Positions 26,902 through 39,254 of a DNA stretch of 64,000 nt are shown in pieces. Below the pieces are notes generated by a model, which was not told the DNA's origin, did not search any database, and saw only the letters and a program-made list of their open reading frames with translations. The position numbers and the translations under genes are program-made. The stretch lies in assembly GCA_030141605.1 (NCBI GenBank), contig JAQGDQ010000060.1:558001-622000 (forward strand). The letters are read 5' to 3'. This DNA comes from Tubiluchus corallicola. Taxonomy: Eukaryota; Animalia; Priapulida. Position 1 is the first letter of the stretch, and each line of letters begins with the position of its first letter.

Positions 26902-27586
26902 CAGTCTGTACTAATTCGTTATAGCGCCACCTCGCTTAAAAGCTGATATTTTTTCATAAACAAAATGTCTATATTTGCATGAACATATAGGGAAAGTATA
27001 CCTCGTTGTAATGTCAAACTCACTTAATGCCAGCTATTTGTGCAGTCCCAAAGTACGCAGTATAAAGAAGTTAGACTTGTTGTGCAAACGAGCCTTAAGC
27101 TTGACTGATTACATGGGGAGTAAGACAGGTGTCGAAAAAGCGTATTGCAGGTGTATAATTTTTGCAATACACTTTGGAGAGGACGATAAACGCTAGCAGG
27201 ACGCAGGAATGGTTGTGTCATTAGATGCAGTAGCAACAAAAGCACTGAACTGCAAAGATAATCAACTGGTTTATAGAAATTGGGGAGGGAGGGGGTTCAT
27301 TTCTAGCAGCAAGAATATCACAATGTCCCGTTAATTTGGTGCAGTATGTTTTGTTTGCAATGCCAAAAAAGACACAGCATTATAAACTTTACTTTTAAAT
27401 ACGTCTTCTATTGCAGTATGTAGTGACTGTGTATTGTGAATTAATTGTGTTCTGAGGTTTGCGTAACGCGATCTGCCTACTCGTTTGTCTACATTGCGCA
27501 ATTTGTCTAAATTAAACCTACATTGCGCAAGATTTACAGGTAGTACTGTGTACACTGCGTTATTGTGATGAAATGACAGCTAGGTA

Positions 27587-27792
27587 ACCGGTAATAAAGT
27601 CACAGGAAAAAAGTCACGGCAAGATTCACAATTTTGGTTAAGAAACAAAATCGTAGCTAGAAAGTCACAATTAATTTTAGCTAGAGTTAGGATTAGGATT
27701 ATTTCTTTTTTCCTGTGCCTTTTTCCTCCGTGACTTTTTTCCTATAACTTTTTTGTGACTTATTTTACTTGCAACTTTTTTACTTGGATTCG
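27587..27792. mobile_element. Small palindromic MITE-like element with aaagtcac/gtgacttt subterminal repeats
   Basis: Left arm has aaagtcaca repeats, right arm has tgactttt repeats, centre is gttaggattagg. Confidence 0.55.
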
Positions 27793-28552
27793 ATGTACTA
27801 GAGAAACAGTGAAGAACACATCGACGAAAGGTGGAAAATGGTTTTATTCGTTATTATAATTATACTATCTGAGGTTTTGAATCTAACAGGGGCGAATGTT
27901 TTCAAAATAGTAGTTTCAGAGATAAAATTGCCCTTCTTTTTTTCCTTCACCAAGTATTTAATTCATGTATAGTAACACATACATAGCAATATGTTTAATC
28001 ACCAAAGAACCATTTCAGTGCACTTTTTATATAATGTCATCTTACAATCCTGTATAATACTATTAACTCGTTGACTTGGAGTTTAGTCACGAAATGTTCA
28101 TTCTAAATTTATAGGTTGGTTTAAACCTTTTATTACAACTTATCAGCCCACCTGTATTGTACGCATCTATTCCCGAGAATCGAATGCAAAACCATAATTT
28201 TCATGTTAAATAGTTAGTTTCCATGACAACAAATTGGCAGAGCAGGTGCAATGACTAACAATCTTGAGTCATCATAGAGATTTGAAGACGTTATTCATTT
28301 GTATCAATAAGTATAGACATGGTAAAAGGTGTTAATTACGTTAGTAATCTTCTTAACTTGTCATTGGAGAACTATTCCAAGAAAGGGGCCTAACTGGTCA
28401 GTGAGGTCACGTGTAGTCGCCATTGTTGTCGTGGAACGTGACAACAGTCAAAAACTGCTACAGGTGCTGTCTATCTCGCTGAACGAAGCGCCGGATTGGG
28501 TCAAAGCTGGGTGGTAGATCCTTGTTTAAGTTGGACCAGTCAGAATCATGAG

Positions 28553-28925
28553 TAGGGGTGAGAATTTGCGACTTTCAAATTCGAATCGAACCGAATTTCA
28601 GTATTTCGAACCCGAATTTCGGATTCCAATTGAGTTTGAAAGATTTTCGAACCACTAGTAAAAAGTGGTCTTACAAAGATCATGCATATGTAGTACTTGA
28701 TTTTGCTATACAGTAACACCACTATTCGTTTATTTAAAAATTTTGCACAGAAACTACAGCTAAATTGTGCTATTTGCACGCTGTGTCAAACATTTTAATG
28801 ATAAAGAATGTATGTGGCTGAAGTGCTGAATTATTCGAATCTATAATTTTAGGTCCGAATCGAATTCAAACTAAAAATCTCTCGATTCGAACGTTAGAAC
28901 TCGAATGTTCGATGCTCACCTCCTA
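28553..28925. mobile_element. hAT MITE, TAGGGGTGAGCAT family (opposite orientation to the 33595 copy)
   Basis: TIRs taggggtgagaat / atgctcacctccta; TSD atcatgag / atcaggag. Confidence 0.9.
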
Positions 28926-29320
28926 ATCAGGAGTAGTATAGTCTTGAAATCTGATATGTCGAGCTTTAATATGTACAGGAATAAATTACTATCAAAAATG
29001 ACCATGGAGGGGCATTGCTTTCCAGTCTTTCCTCATTTAATACCAGTTAGCTAAGGAAATAACTTGCCTATTCGTATACAAAGCTAATATAATTAGCCTA
29101 ACGGAGTAACATTCGCTAGACTATCCAATGTCTGTAGTAGCTATATCCCACCAAGCGACTCGTGATGATGTAGCACACGTTAATTTTCTAATATGCACAA
29201 TCTAATTACGGAAGCCGAAGAGACAGGAGATAATGCATGTTTTAGATGATTGATACGTGCCATTACGTTAGAGTCTGATGTGTATTATGTTCCAAACACA
29301 GATGAAAGACGCAATTCATA

Positions 29321-29717
29321 TGGCACCAAAATAGTTACAACTGTTGTATTAGACAGTGAATGGCACCAAATTAGTTACAACTGTTGTATTAGACAGTGAA
29401 TGGCACCAAATTAGTTACAACTGTTGTATTAGACAGTGAATGGCAACAAATTAGTTACAACTGTTGTATTAGACAGTGAATGGCAGCAAATTAGTTACAA
29501 CTGTTGTATTAGACAGTGAATGGCAGCAAATTAGTTACAACTGTTGTATTAGACAGTGAATGGCACCAAATTAGTTACAACTGTTGTATTAGACAGTGAA
29601 TGGCACCAAATTAGTTACAACTGTTGTATTAGACAGTGAATGGCACCAAATTAGTTACAACTGTTGTATTAGACAGTGAATGGCACCAAATTAGTTACAA
29701 CTGTTGTATTAGACAGT
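29321..29717. repeat. 40-bp minisatellite, about 10 copies
   Basis: Unit tggcaccaaattagttacaactgttgtattagacagtgaa repeated head to tail, near identical. Confidence 0.97.
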
Positions 29718-31951
29718 TTATATATATATATAAGAAGCCAGTACTCGTCCTTCGCACATGGTAACACATATAAGATATTCACTTATTTTTATATCATTCA
29801 ACATTCTGCAAGTTGGTATCTAACCAGCATCAGTGTAGGTGGTTGCTCTGTCTAACTCATTATTAAAGAAATTCCTTAAAGGACAAAACATCTTAATAAA
29901 TAATGTTTAAAAAATTAGTACACGACAATGATGACCTATGTATGTGTAGTTCTGAATGGCTCAGTGGTGTTACAGGTCGCGCGTGGCCAGCTATGGTAAT
30001 GTTTGGACAGACATACGTGATTAAATGCCCTTACCCACGTTACTGCCACTCTCAGCGTGGAAAATAACAATTTCCATATTAAGAATAACACCGCAAAAAT
30101 TGCAGACGTAATTGCATAGCTTATAACGTGCGAGAAGACCGGTTAACTAATTAGGCCTTTGGCTATTTAATGCGTGCATGAGCTTCAGCATAATATTCTG
30201 TCTTTTTTCAGATTAAATGATGGAATAAACGGACGGAAGTAACAGCAAAAGTACTGCACACATTTCTTGTTTTCTACCCGCTGCAGCAAACACTCGCATC
30301 GTTGACCATGATGACGCCAACTGTCTGTCAGTGATCTTCCCTGTGGCTTCTTATGGCACTAATAGAATTCACGGTTGCTACAAAAATTCCGTGTTTTCTA
30401 TAGTGTTCCGGGAAGACCATAGATGCATCAACGTACGACCTTACAGTTTGAAGCGGCCTGTCTTGGCATCCCGGTAAACACGATTTTTATCTGACAGTGC
30501 ATGGGTGTTCTTGGGCATGGCGGGGCATTATAATGAGATGCGACCCTGTCCCACTGGAAGCCAGTTACGAAAATGATTGGTCTGCAAAGACGTCACACAT
30601 TACTATAGTCATAATAATTAGGAGGTTTCTCTAGCCTTATACACACCATAATGAATATAGTACTTGGTAATTAGTACTTAGAAGCACTGTGGTGCCATCT
30701 ACTGTGGTCTTTAAAAACTTCTTCATGCGGAGTATCCAATTAAAAATATTGATGATTTTTAAACTTTTGAGGAATAGTTGGTTACCCGGATTTATTACTG
30801 CATGTCTGTAAACTCCTTTGCAATTTTCGAAGTATTTTATACTTATAATAAACAAGTAGACAGGTCAGTATAGCAAGGTTGTTCAACAATACCGTAATTA
30901 GTAAGAATTTTAAGTGCTCTTACTGTTGATTGAACTCGATTCCAGGTCTGATGTAACATTATGACTCTTGCTGAGAAAAACTTGCAACATTTTACAATGA
31001 CTATTGAAACAGGACCGAAATGAATTGTGACGTTAAGATTCATTTCATTTAAATCTTGGGCTAATATAGTGTCCATAATGGCCATAGTGAGTTCATTATA
31101 ACTTCCTTCTGCATGCAACGTACAAACCAGCATCTAATAACATGATAATTGTTGGTTTAGCTGGTTAAATTATACATCATACGTCATCACGCAAACGTCA
31201 GACGTCATTCTTGGCACTGGTAGAATTCACAGCTCATGCTTAACTGTGGCTTCTCTGGTGTCTCCAATGATGTGACAAATATTTCTACGCAAAGTTGTGA
31301 CACGGAGAAGCAGACAAGATTGTTCAACTCTCTTCCATACGATGAGAAAAGCTCCATTTTGTTTTTCTAAGATGGCCGAATAGCAATTTTGCGGGATTCA
31401 GGACAATCAGGATTCCATTCGACACAGCTGAATTTCGTGAAAATTACCAAATTTGAGGCAAGCAAATGATTTCTGAACTCGAATTTCTAAAACTTCAATT
31501 GGCAAAACCCGGTTCTCCATGACGGGAATACAAGTACCGTACCAAGATCTGGCTCCAAACTCATCTCCAGTTACTCCACTAATTACCACAAGACTATTTT
31601 GCAGAATCCCATGATGTTTCTGTACTCGTTGTAGTGACAAATCAGAAAATTAAGTAAATTTCTGCAATGGCCAAAAAAGACTTTGAGAAGCATCCGTTTA
31701 CAGTTTACATGATTACAACATACATCCAGAATTTCAGTAGCCGAAAAATTTACTGTAACTGTAAGAAAATCAGAAAAGTTTCTAACTTGTGGTGCATCAG
31801 TTGAGATACTAGTATTTAGTGACAACATTTTATCAAGGTGTAACAGAAATATTATCTGTTAATGTGAGTCCATTTGGATTAACTTAATTGTGTATCCACT
31901 GCAAGAGAACTTTGATTATGGCTTTTGATGTAGCATAACAAGTCTCCAGAG

Positions 31952-32366
31952 CAGGGGGCGTATTAACCAATACGTTAACAAAGGTTATAGTTCAGGGCGC
32001 CAAAGTTTGAGGGGCGTCAGATTTAAGAAAAATTTCTTATTTTCCTCAGAAAATGTGTATACATGTAAAGGGCGCATTTTATAACACCCCACAGGCACTT
32101 ACTGATAGCAGATTTTATATAGTTGCCACATAACGAACAAGTGCAAGGTGTTACACAACAAGCAGTTGCGCAGCCTGCTTATTATAAGCTCTATGCAAAT
32201 TCATGTAATTAATAATGACCACGTAGAAACCAGGTTAATAGTGTTTCTAATACACCACAAGTAATTGTTTAATATGTTCATTGCATGAACAACCATAAAT
32301 TCATGATAGTGATAGACGGAACAGAACTATGTGCCTAGGGTGTCGTAAGACGTTGATACACATCTG
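31952..32366. mobile_element. Degraded hAT-like MITE
   Basis: cagggggcgtattaac ... gttgatacacatctg termini; imperfect 8-bp TSD ctccagag / ctcaggag. Confidence 0.5.
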
Positions 32367-32789
32367 CTCAGGAGTTATAAGCCTTGCTACCCTGTGCCTT
32401 GATCATGAGAAGTTTGTACTGCTGTGATAGCTGCCATCTATACATAGTGAAACACATGCAAATATACGCAGAGCTTGGACACACGTAAAACTCATGCAAA
32501 TGTACTCAGAGCTTGCACACACGTGAAACATTCAAAGGGGAAGACAAGAGAGTTTTCTTAAAGTATATGCCAAAGAACTATCCATGCAAAGTTATGTTAA
32601 TTAGCAATATACTTACACAATGTTTGAAAGACTAATGTAATTGAAAAAGAAAATTCTTGATAATTTAAACTGTTCGCACCACTAGGTATAACGTCACTGC
32701 ATCGTCGTCCCAATGTGCATCAGTGATTCACCAAAAACACATTATTGATCTCTGGGATATCATCAACTACTACGCTGAGGAAAATATAA

Positions 32790-33540
32790 ATTCGGACAGC
32801 GTTTTAAACATTTCTAAAACAAAATGCATGACATTTCGTACTAAAATGAAACTGATCTAATGGATTAATACTAAAATAAATGATACCCGAACTGAACAAG
32901 TAAACGCAACTTTAATTTTCCAGGTTTTGTAATTGATCTACTGTTAACATGCTCTAAATATACAGACATAATATGTAAGAAAGTTCTAAAAGCGACAAGA
33001 ATTTTGACTAGGCTTAAATATTCTCTTCCAATAGATGCTAAAACGAACATCTACAATTCATTGATCATGATCCGTATAATCTATTGTTTACTTTTTGGAA
33101 GCAAAAATATTCTAAAGTTGGAATATTATAAAAAACACTTTAGGATGTTCTAAATTTAATGTTCACACTGAACCAGTGTTTAAAAATGTTAAAATTGTTA
33201 AAATTCAAGAGACATTATAATTTATTGCATTAGTTCAGGTCTTCCATAAGCATTCAAATTAGAAATTACCGGTTTATCACAAAAAATACAACGTTAATTC
33301 GGAATGTCGAAAAATATTCGTACCTCACCTGGTGCAACATTCCATTTACTACACTAAAACTCCAAAACATGCTGAACAATCTACACGTACGCTGTGCCTA
33401 AATGTTTAAATGAACTTCTGACTAATATCCAAGCTAAATTATTCGTGCTGGCGAATATAGATTGCATCGTATTATTCAACGAAGAAAAATCATTATATGG
33501 ACACGTACTCATATCTGTACAATTAGAGATTGCTATGTGT
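32790..33540 (+). mobile_element. Highly degraded CR1/L2-group RT C-terminal fragment
   Basis: Translatable pieces LNISKTKCMTF and KATRILTRLKYSLPIDAKTNIYNSLI resemble the thumb/C-terminus of the 10-14 kb LINE. Confidence 0.7.
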
Positions 33541-33594
33541 GTCGAAAAACGATATACAGTATCGACCGCAGACGAGGTTGTGATTGTTATACAT

Positions 33595-34015
33595 TAGGGT
33601 GAGCATCGAACGTTCGAATCGAATTCGAACGCTCGAATTCGATTCGAACGAGTTTTTTTTAGTTCGAACTCGATTCGAATCCAAAACTATAGATTCGAAT
33701 AGTTCAGCACTTCAATCACATATGTTCCTGACCACTAAAACGATTGAAAAAACATGCAATTAGCGTAATTTAGCTGTGATTTCTGTGCACAATTTTAAAC
33801 AAATTACTAGTCGTTTTATTGCAGAACAAAATCTAGTGATACACATGATCTTTGTAAGACTAATTTTTACTGGTGGTTCGAAAACTTGTTCGAAAATCGT
33901 TCAATCTCAATTCGGTTCGAATTCGAAACACTGAAGTTCGGTTCGATTCGAATTCGAAAGTCACAAATTCGGTTCGATTCGAATTCGCTTTCTGGTAGAG
34001 AATGCTCACCCCCTA
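33595..34015. mobile_element. hAT MITE, TAGGGGTGAGCAT family (most intact copy)
   Basis: TIRs tagggtgagcat / atgctcaccccct(a); perfect TSD ttatacat; many TTCGAA/GAATTC subterminal motifs. Confidence 0.93.
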
Positions 34016-34939
34016 TTATACATTCATGTTAGAAAGTTACCTGCAATCATTCCAATGTTACTGTGAAACCAAATGGAATTTACACCCTGTCGATACCTTA
34101 TAGCTACCGTTTGTAAAAAAAGAAGGTCTAGAAAACGGTTGTACATCCAACTTGGTTTACGCTTCAAAATAAAAAGATCAGAAAACAGCAAACTGATTTC
34201 AAACAGTTTTATTATTATTTAATGTACAATTATCTACATTGTGAATATGCGTATATCTATAAACAATCAACGACTAGTAAAATGACGCAAATGCAATTTC
34301 CTAACATGATTATACAATGGCTATACTACAACTTACAAACTGATAAAAAGTCACATACGTACAGCACTGTCAAAATAGTTTCAACAGAATTATCTACGAT
34401 CCATCTACAACAGAATTGTCTATAAGTTAACCAAGAAGTGAGTGATGCTTAATTATTGCCTGCATCAGTATTTACTCGATACTCAACTTAACTCAATGAA
34501 TCAGATGCTGGGGGGAAAAAGCTGAAAAATCTGGCAACATTTAACATTTATGTCAAATTCTTGCACACAGCAAAAACTTAAAAATTATATATTTTGCTTC
34601 ACCAGTTTCCAAAGCCTAAGTTCTATCGCACTTAAATAATTTAAGAAATAACAACTATAATTACGCCTAATTGTAAAGCTTTTGTACTCGTATATTAATT
34701 GGGTAAGCGTTTGTCAAGCCTGAAATGACCAACAAACATAAATTATACTATTATTACAAGATGAAGGACTTTTGATTTCATATTAATCAAAAGTTCTCAC
34801 TAAATCATACTATGTTTATACCGAATTTAAATAATCCAAAAAATTTTTATGGACTAAAAATCTCTTCTTTACTGTGTTACATTAGGTATACTGTAGTGAA
34901 GTTGGCTGATGCGTAATTCGCGTAAGCGAAGATTCCCCA

Positions 34940-36257
34940 TATACGTAAAATGTCATAAAGTTGAAATCGGTGCGTTTCAAAGGCGTGTTGGGAGCCGTTT
35001 GGGCCACTGCGCCAAGTAGACCACTTGATGCGCTAAAAGTAGTGTCCTACATGGGCAGCCCAAGTAGGACACTAGCGATTTTTGTCGAGAAACTTGCTCT
35101 GGCAAAACTTGCTTCCAGTTTATATTACCATTGTTTATAAGTATTGTTATGACATAATAAAGCATAAAACAAAATTTCTTTTAGAAATGGATATTCCTTG
35201 GCAATTGACAAATGCATTTCTTACAATAATTTCATCATTATGATTAACTCCATTAATATATCATAACATTAAAACTAGTATCTAATGCTTTAAAGAGAGA
35301 AATTCTGCACACAGTTATTACAGAAATAATTGCAAATTTAACAGACAGACAGATGCTGCTAAGCCTTCACAACACCAAAAAGTAATTTTTAACATTTAAG
35401 AAAAGCAAGGATAATTAGTTTTAATATTATCAGTAGTATTGTAACATGTAGGGCACTGTCCTACATGGCTCGCTAGCCCATGTAGGACACATAGATCGCT
35501 AGAACGTTTACTTATAAGAAAACAATTATTTGCCCAAGAGGTAGTGAAACGGATCACCTGTTTGTGAAGTGAGACAAAATCAAAAATGATATACCTTAAA
35601 CAAATGTTGAATTCGCAAAAAAGTGGGGTTTTTTCACTTCAACAACATTAATATCGAAACCAAATTTAATATTGTCCGTTCTACCAGCTCAGAATAAAAT
35701 TCTTTTATTTTATTAGATGTATAATAAATTATTCAACGTGTATTAACGTTTTTAATTATTATTATTACATAAACAAGCACAACGGACGGTGTCAGTACAC
35801 TTAACGACTGAATTCACGACCTGTCTCTAGTGTCCTACTTGGGCTAGCCCAAGTAGACTTGGCGCAGTGGTCCAAACGGCTCCCAACAGGCGAAACTACA
35901 GAAACATTTTGGGTATTAGATGGCCAAAGAAAATTTCAAACAAAGATCTATATGAAAAAATAAAAGAAGAACCTTGGACAATAAAAATATGCCGTTTAAG
36001 ATGGATTGGGCATATGCTTAGACTACCTGATGATATTCCAGTGAAGATAGCTCTTCAACAAGCCATAGAACCAGCTAAAAAACCTGCAGGAGGACAAATG
36101 TTAACATATTTTGATTTTGCACAGAAAGATTTAAACACTTCAGCATTGATCCTTAGAAATAAATGTACTTGGGGCATTGCGGCGAGCAGGGAGTCCTGGC
36201 ATAGGGAGGTGAGCAGAATCATGTCACTGGACGTGTGATTCATTGGATGATGATGAT
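34940..36257 (+). mobile_element. 5'-truncated RTE-clade LINE 3' end (interrupted by the 34986-35888 insertion)
   Basis: Removing the insertion restores VEIGAFQRRNYRNILGIRWP...RLRWIGHMLRLPD; ends in a (GAT)n tail. Confidence 0.85.
34986..35888. mobile_element. Non-autonomous TIR element with TGT...ACA ends and 4-bp TSD (Ginger-like)
   Basis: About 32-bp TIRs tgttgggagccgtttgggccactgcgccaagt / acttggcgcagtggtccaaacggctcccaaca; TSD ggcg at 34982-34985 and 35889-35892. Confidence 0.85.
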
Positions 36258-36865
36258 TTTAAGTACTTAGGCAGTCTTCTAGTAACAGATGAAGATATAT
36301 CAAGACGAAAAATCCTAGCACTAGCTACATATTCCAAATTAACAAAAAATTTTGAAAGTAAGAGGATCAGTTTCGATACAAAATTAAGAATCTTTGCTGT
36401 ACTCGTGGGAACTGTGTTTCTCTATAACTTAGAATTATGGACAATTAAAGCACAACACGAATCAGAAATTAATGCATTTCAAAGAAGAAACTACAGGAAC
36501 ATTCTATGAATAAAATGGCCAAACAAAATATCAAACCAAGATCTGTACAATAAAGTCAAAGCAGAGGAATGAACAATTAAAATCAAAAGGAGAAGATTAA
36601 GATGGATAGGGCATGTTATGACTACCAGATGACAGTCCATTAAAGTTAGCTTTCAAAGAAGCAGTGCAGAAAGAAAAGAAACTGCAAGGAGGACACCTGC
36701 TGACTTATATCAATTTCATGCAAAAAAATCTTATCAACACACCATTAGATATCAAAAATACAGAGTCATGGGAGGTTGCAGGTGACAGGGCAGCATGGAG
36801 TAAAGTGATCAGGAGAGTCATGTCAAATGACATGTGACTCCAAAGATGATGAGATGATTTTAAGT
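36252..36865 (+). mobile_element. Second 5'-truncated RTE-clade LINE 3' end
   Basis: DDFKYLGS...EINAFQRRNYRNIL*IKWP...RRRLRWIGHV; GAT-repeat tail; flanked by a gatgattttaagt direct repeat. Confidence 0.88.
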
Positions 36866-37409
36866 TGTTTAAAGCCAATAAAGTTTTGCTACCACTTAAA
36901 TTTTGGTTTTATATCCCAGTAACTCTGCAAAAATTTAAAAACCACTCTATGACATTTTAAATGTATGGGAAACCTTCGCTTACACAAATGATACATCAAC
37001 TAACTTCACCACACATACAACTTACACTTTGTTAATTTTCAAAAACGTGAACCCTGGCAGGTCGTAAAATAACAAGATTTTTATAAACCTAAAACACCTT
37101 TATTGAATATCATAAACGCTTGCACAACCTAGCCTACAAATAGCACCTGTTTACAGCAAGCAGAATAATAATATTACTTGTTCACTAATTACATGCTTAT
37201 TAGCTATAGCTCATACACAAATATCAAACACTTGTCCCTATTCTATAATCAATGGAATGGTTTTGGCAAGAGAAAATTAACGACACTGGAAATACTGGAT
37301 GACGAAATTTACCAAAAAATATAAAAGACAGGCACATGATTTTCCAACTAAAAAGACCTTAGGGTAATTGGAAAATTCAATCCAAACTGACAAGATTAGT
37401 GTAAGTTCA

Positions 37410-37843
37410 CCATCTATTTGCTTTAGCATAGACCTGGATGTTCAATATTTCATCACACAGCAGCAGACTTGTGCAGACTGGCACTTATTGTCAACAGGTT
37501 GCTTAATCTAAGCCATTAAGTCAATGTTAGCCATGAATCAGAAAAAATACCGTCTGGTACAGAGAAATATCTCTGTTTATTTTTCACACATCTTGTGACT
37601 TCTTGCTCAATTCTTTGTTACATTGCAAAAAATGTTTTATGATCTTTCGTTGCTATGTATAATTCTTTTCGGGTACGACATCATATCCTTTCTTTTTAGG
37701 TACGACACCATAGAAACAATGGCTTCATCTTGATAAGGTAACTGTTACCCAACAATATCCAGTTTATAAATTTCACTTTGATAACTGAGCTTAGATAATG
37801 AATCCTCGACACAAAGTAACTGAAACAAGAAGCTGTCCAAGAC
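37410..37843 (-). pseudogene. Decayed, internally deleted copy of the 39255-40399 BEN exon
   Basis: The acceptor (ttttatcacttag|GTCTTGGACAG) and about 100 bp of upstream intron are paralogous to 40390-40490. Remnants MVSYLKR and FMANIDLMA*IKQPVDNKC match VLSYLKR and FMDNIELMAQIKKAADAKC. Contains stops and frameshifts. Confidence 0.85.
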
Positions 37844-38429
37844 CTAAGTGATAAAACCATTGATACTTTTAAAACTACAGATATTTACATAATGTACATT
37901 TGATTACATGCTCAGGAATAAAAATAATGGTTGTTGTAGCAAGTGTATATATCATATCTAATGTTTAGATAAACATTTTTACATTATTATATTTCATTTT
38001 AGTAATAGTTTACAGTTCATTTAATGCTTGAGAACGGATTATTTGCTTTTACTTTATTTTTTATGGGAATAAGTGATTCGGCACTCAACCAAATAGGTTT
38101 TCAGACACTTTTTAGGAACGAATTATGGTCGAAAACAGAGGTATTACTGTACACCAATCCAATTCCAATGTGTGCCTGCCTATTTTCAAATTAAAACAGA
38201 ATGCATGTTCTACTACTACAAATACCAAGTGAGTTCATAAATTATTAAACTTCTGGCTTTACCACATGATTTCAATGAATGGTTTAGTGTTCTAAACTGT
38301 TTTAGATTCAATGAGTCAATACTGTATTTTCAAACTGATGTTCCTAATTTATCACCAACTTGACAAGGAGAAGTTTTAACGCTGTTTGAAATTTAACAAA
38401 GCCAGTGAACAAACGTGTAATTTTCCATT

Positions 38430-39120
38430 TGCGCGAACAGTGTAAACTGTCAAACTAAAATTGACAAACAAAAACTCTCAGCCTATAAACTGACGCACGT
38501 TCAGATGACGTAAAATGTTACTCCGTCAAACTCTGGTAATAACTATACAGGAAGGGGTGTCAGTCAAATTATGGTGCCAACATGAAGACGTGCTTTGTCG
38601 TCTATAGGTCCAGCTTGCAAGATTGAAAAGAGAAATTGGAAAAGAAAGAGTTAGAAAAGTTTGGATGAAAAAATAACTACAGTGAAGAATTGAAAGAGGC
38701 AGTTACAGCCTGATTTACAAAAATTTAAACATTGGGGTGTCGCGTGACTTTCTGAATTATATGCGTATGCCACACTTACAATATTTGACTGTTTATTGCA
38801 AGAAGTTGAATTTAACTAATCAACGTCTGCATAACACATCTACAGTACTGTAGCAAAATGTTTAGTCAAGTGGAAGAAAACAGTATAGCAAAATCAAAAT
38901 CTCCTTTGTACTACCATTGTTCGCGAAAATGATCACTACCATTGGGCCCCTGCGCGAAAATGATCAATCGGCATATGATGTTCGAACAAGGGGATGCTAT
39001 TACTGCTGAGTCTGAGTTTGTCAGTTTCGCTGTTTACACGATCAAACTAGTTTGCCAAACTAAAACTGACAAAGAAGTTTGATGAAAAAACTGATTATTT
39101 AAATGAGTTTAAACTGCTTT
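38430..39120 (+). mobile_element. PIF/Harbinger-derived remnant with transposase N-terminus
   Basis: 38641-38790 translates RKVWMKK*LQ*RIERGSYSLIYKNL...DFLNYMRM, resembling the Harbinger transposase N-terminal W..WL.RR..RG.Y..L...F.N..RM pattern. Flanks carry imperfect inverted gtgtaaac/gtttacac and tgacaaac/gtttgtca motifs. Confidence 0.6.
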
Positions 39121-39254
39121 ACCGATACACGAATATTAATATTATGTAAGTCATAAATAAAAGTGAAAAAGAGTAAAAACATCCTAGGTTAAATCTCAAA
39201 TAGAAGACTCGTCCTGATCTAAGCTGGATTAATAATTCACCACCCTAATTTGTT

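Noticed and set aside
29321-29717. CRISPR-like appearance of a 40-bp repeat with an internal palindrome (tacaac-t-gttgta)
   Set aside because: Units are contiguous with no unique spacers, there are no cas genes, and the context is eukaryotic. It is an ordinary minisatellite.
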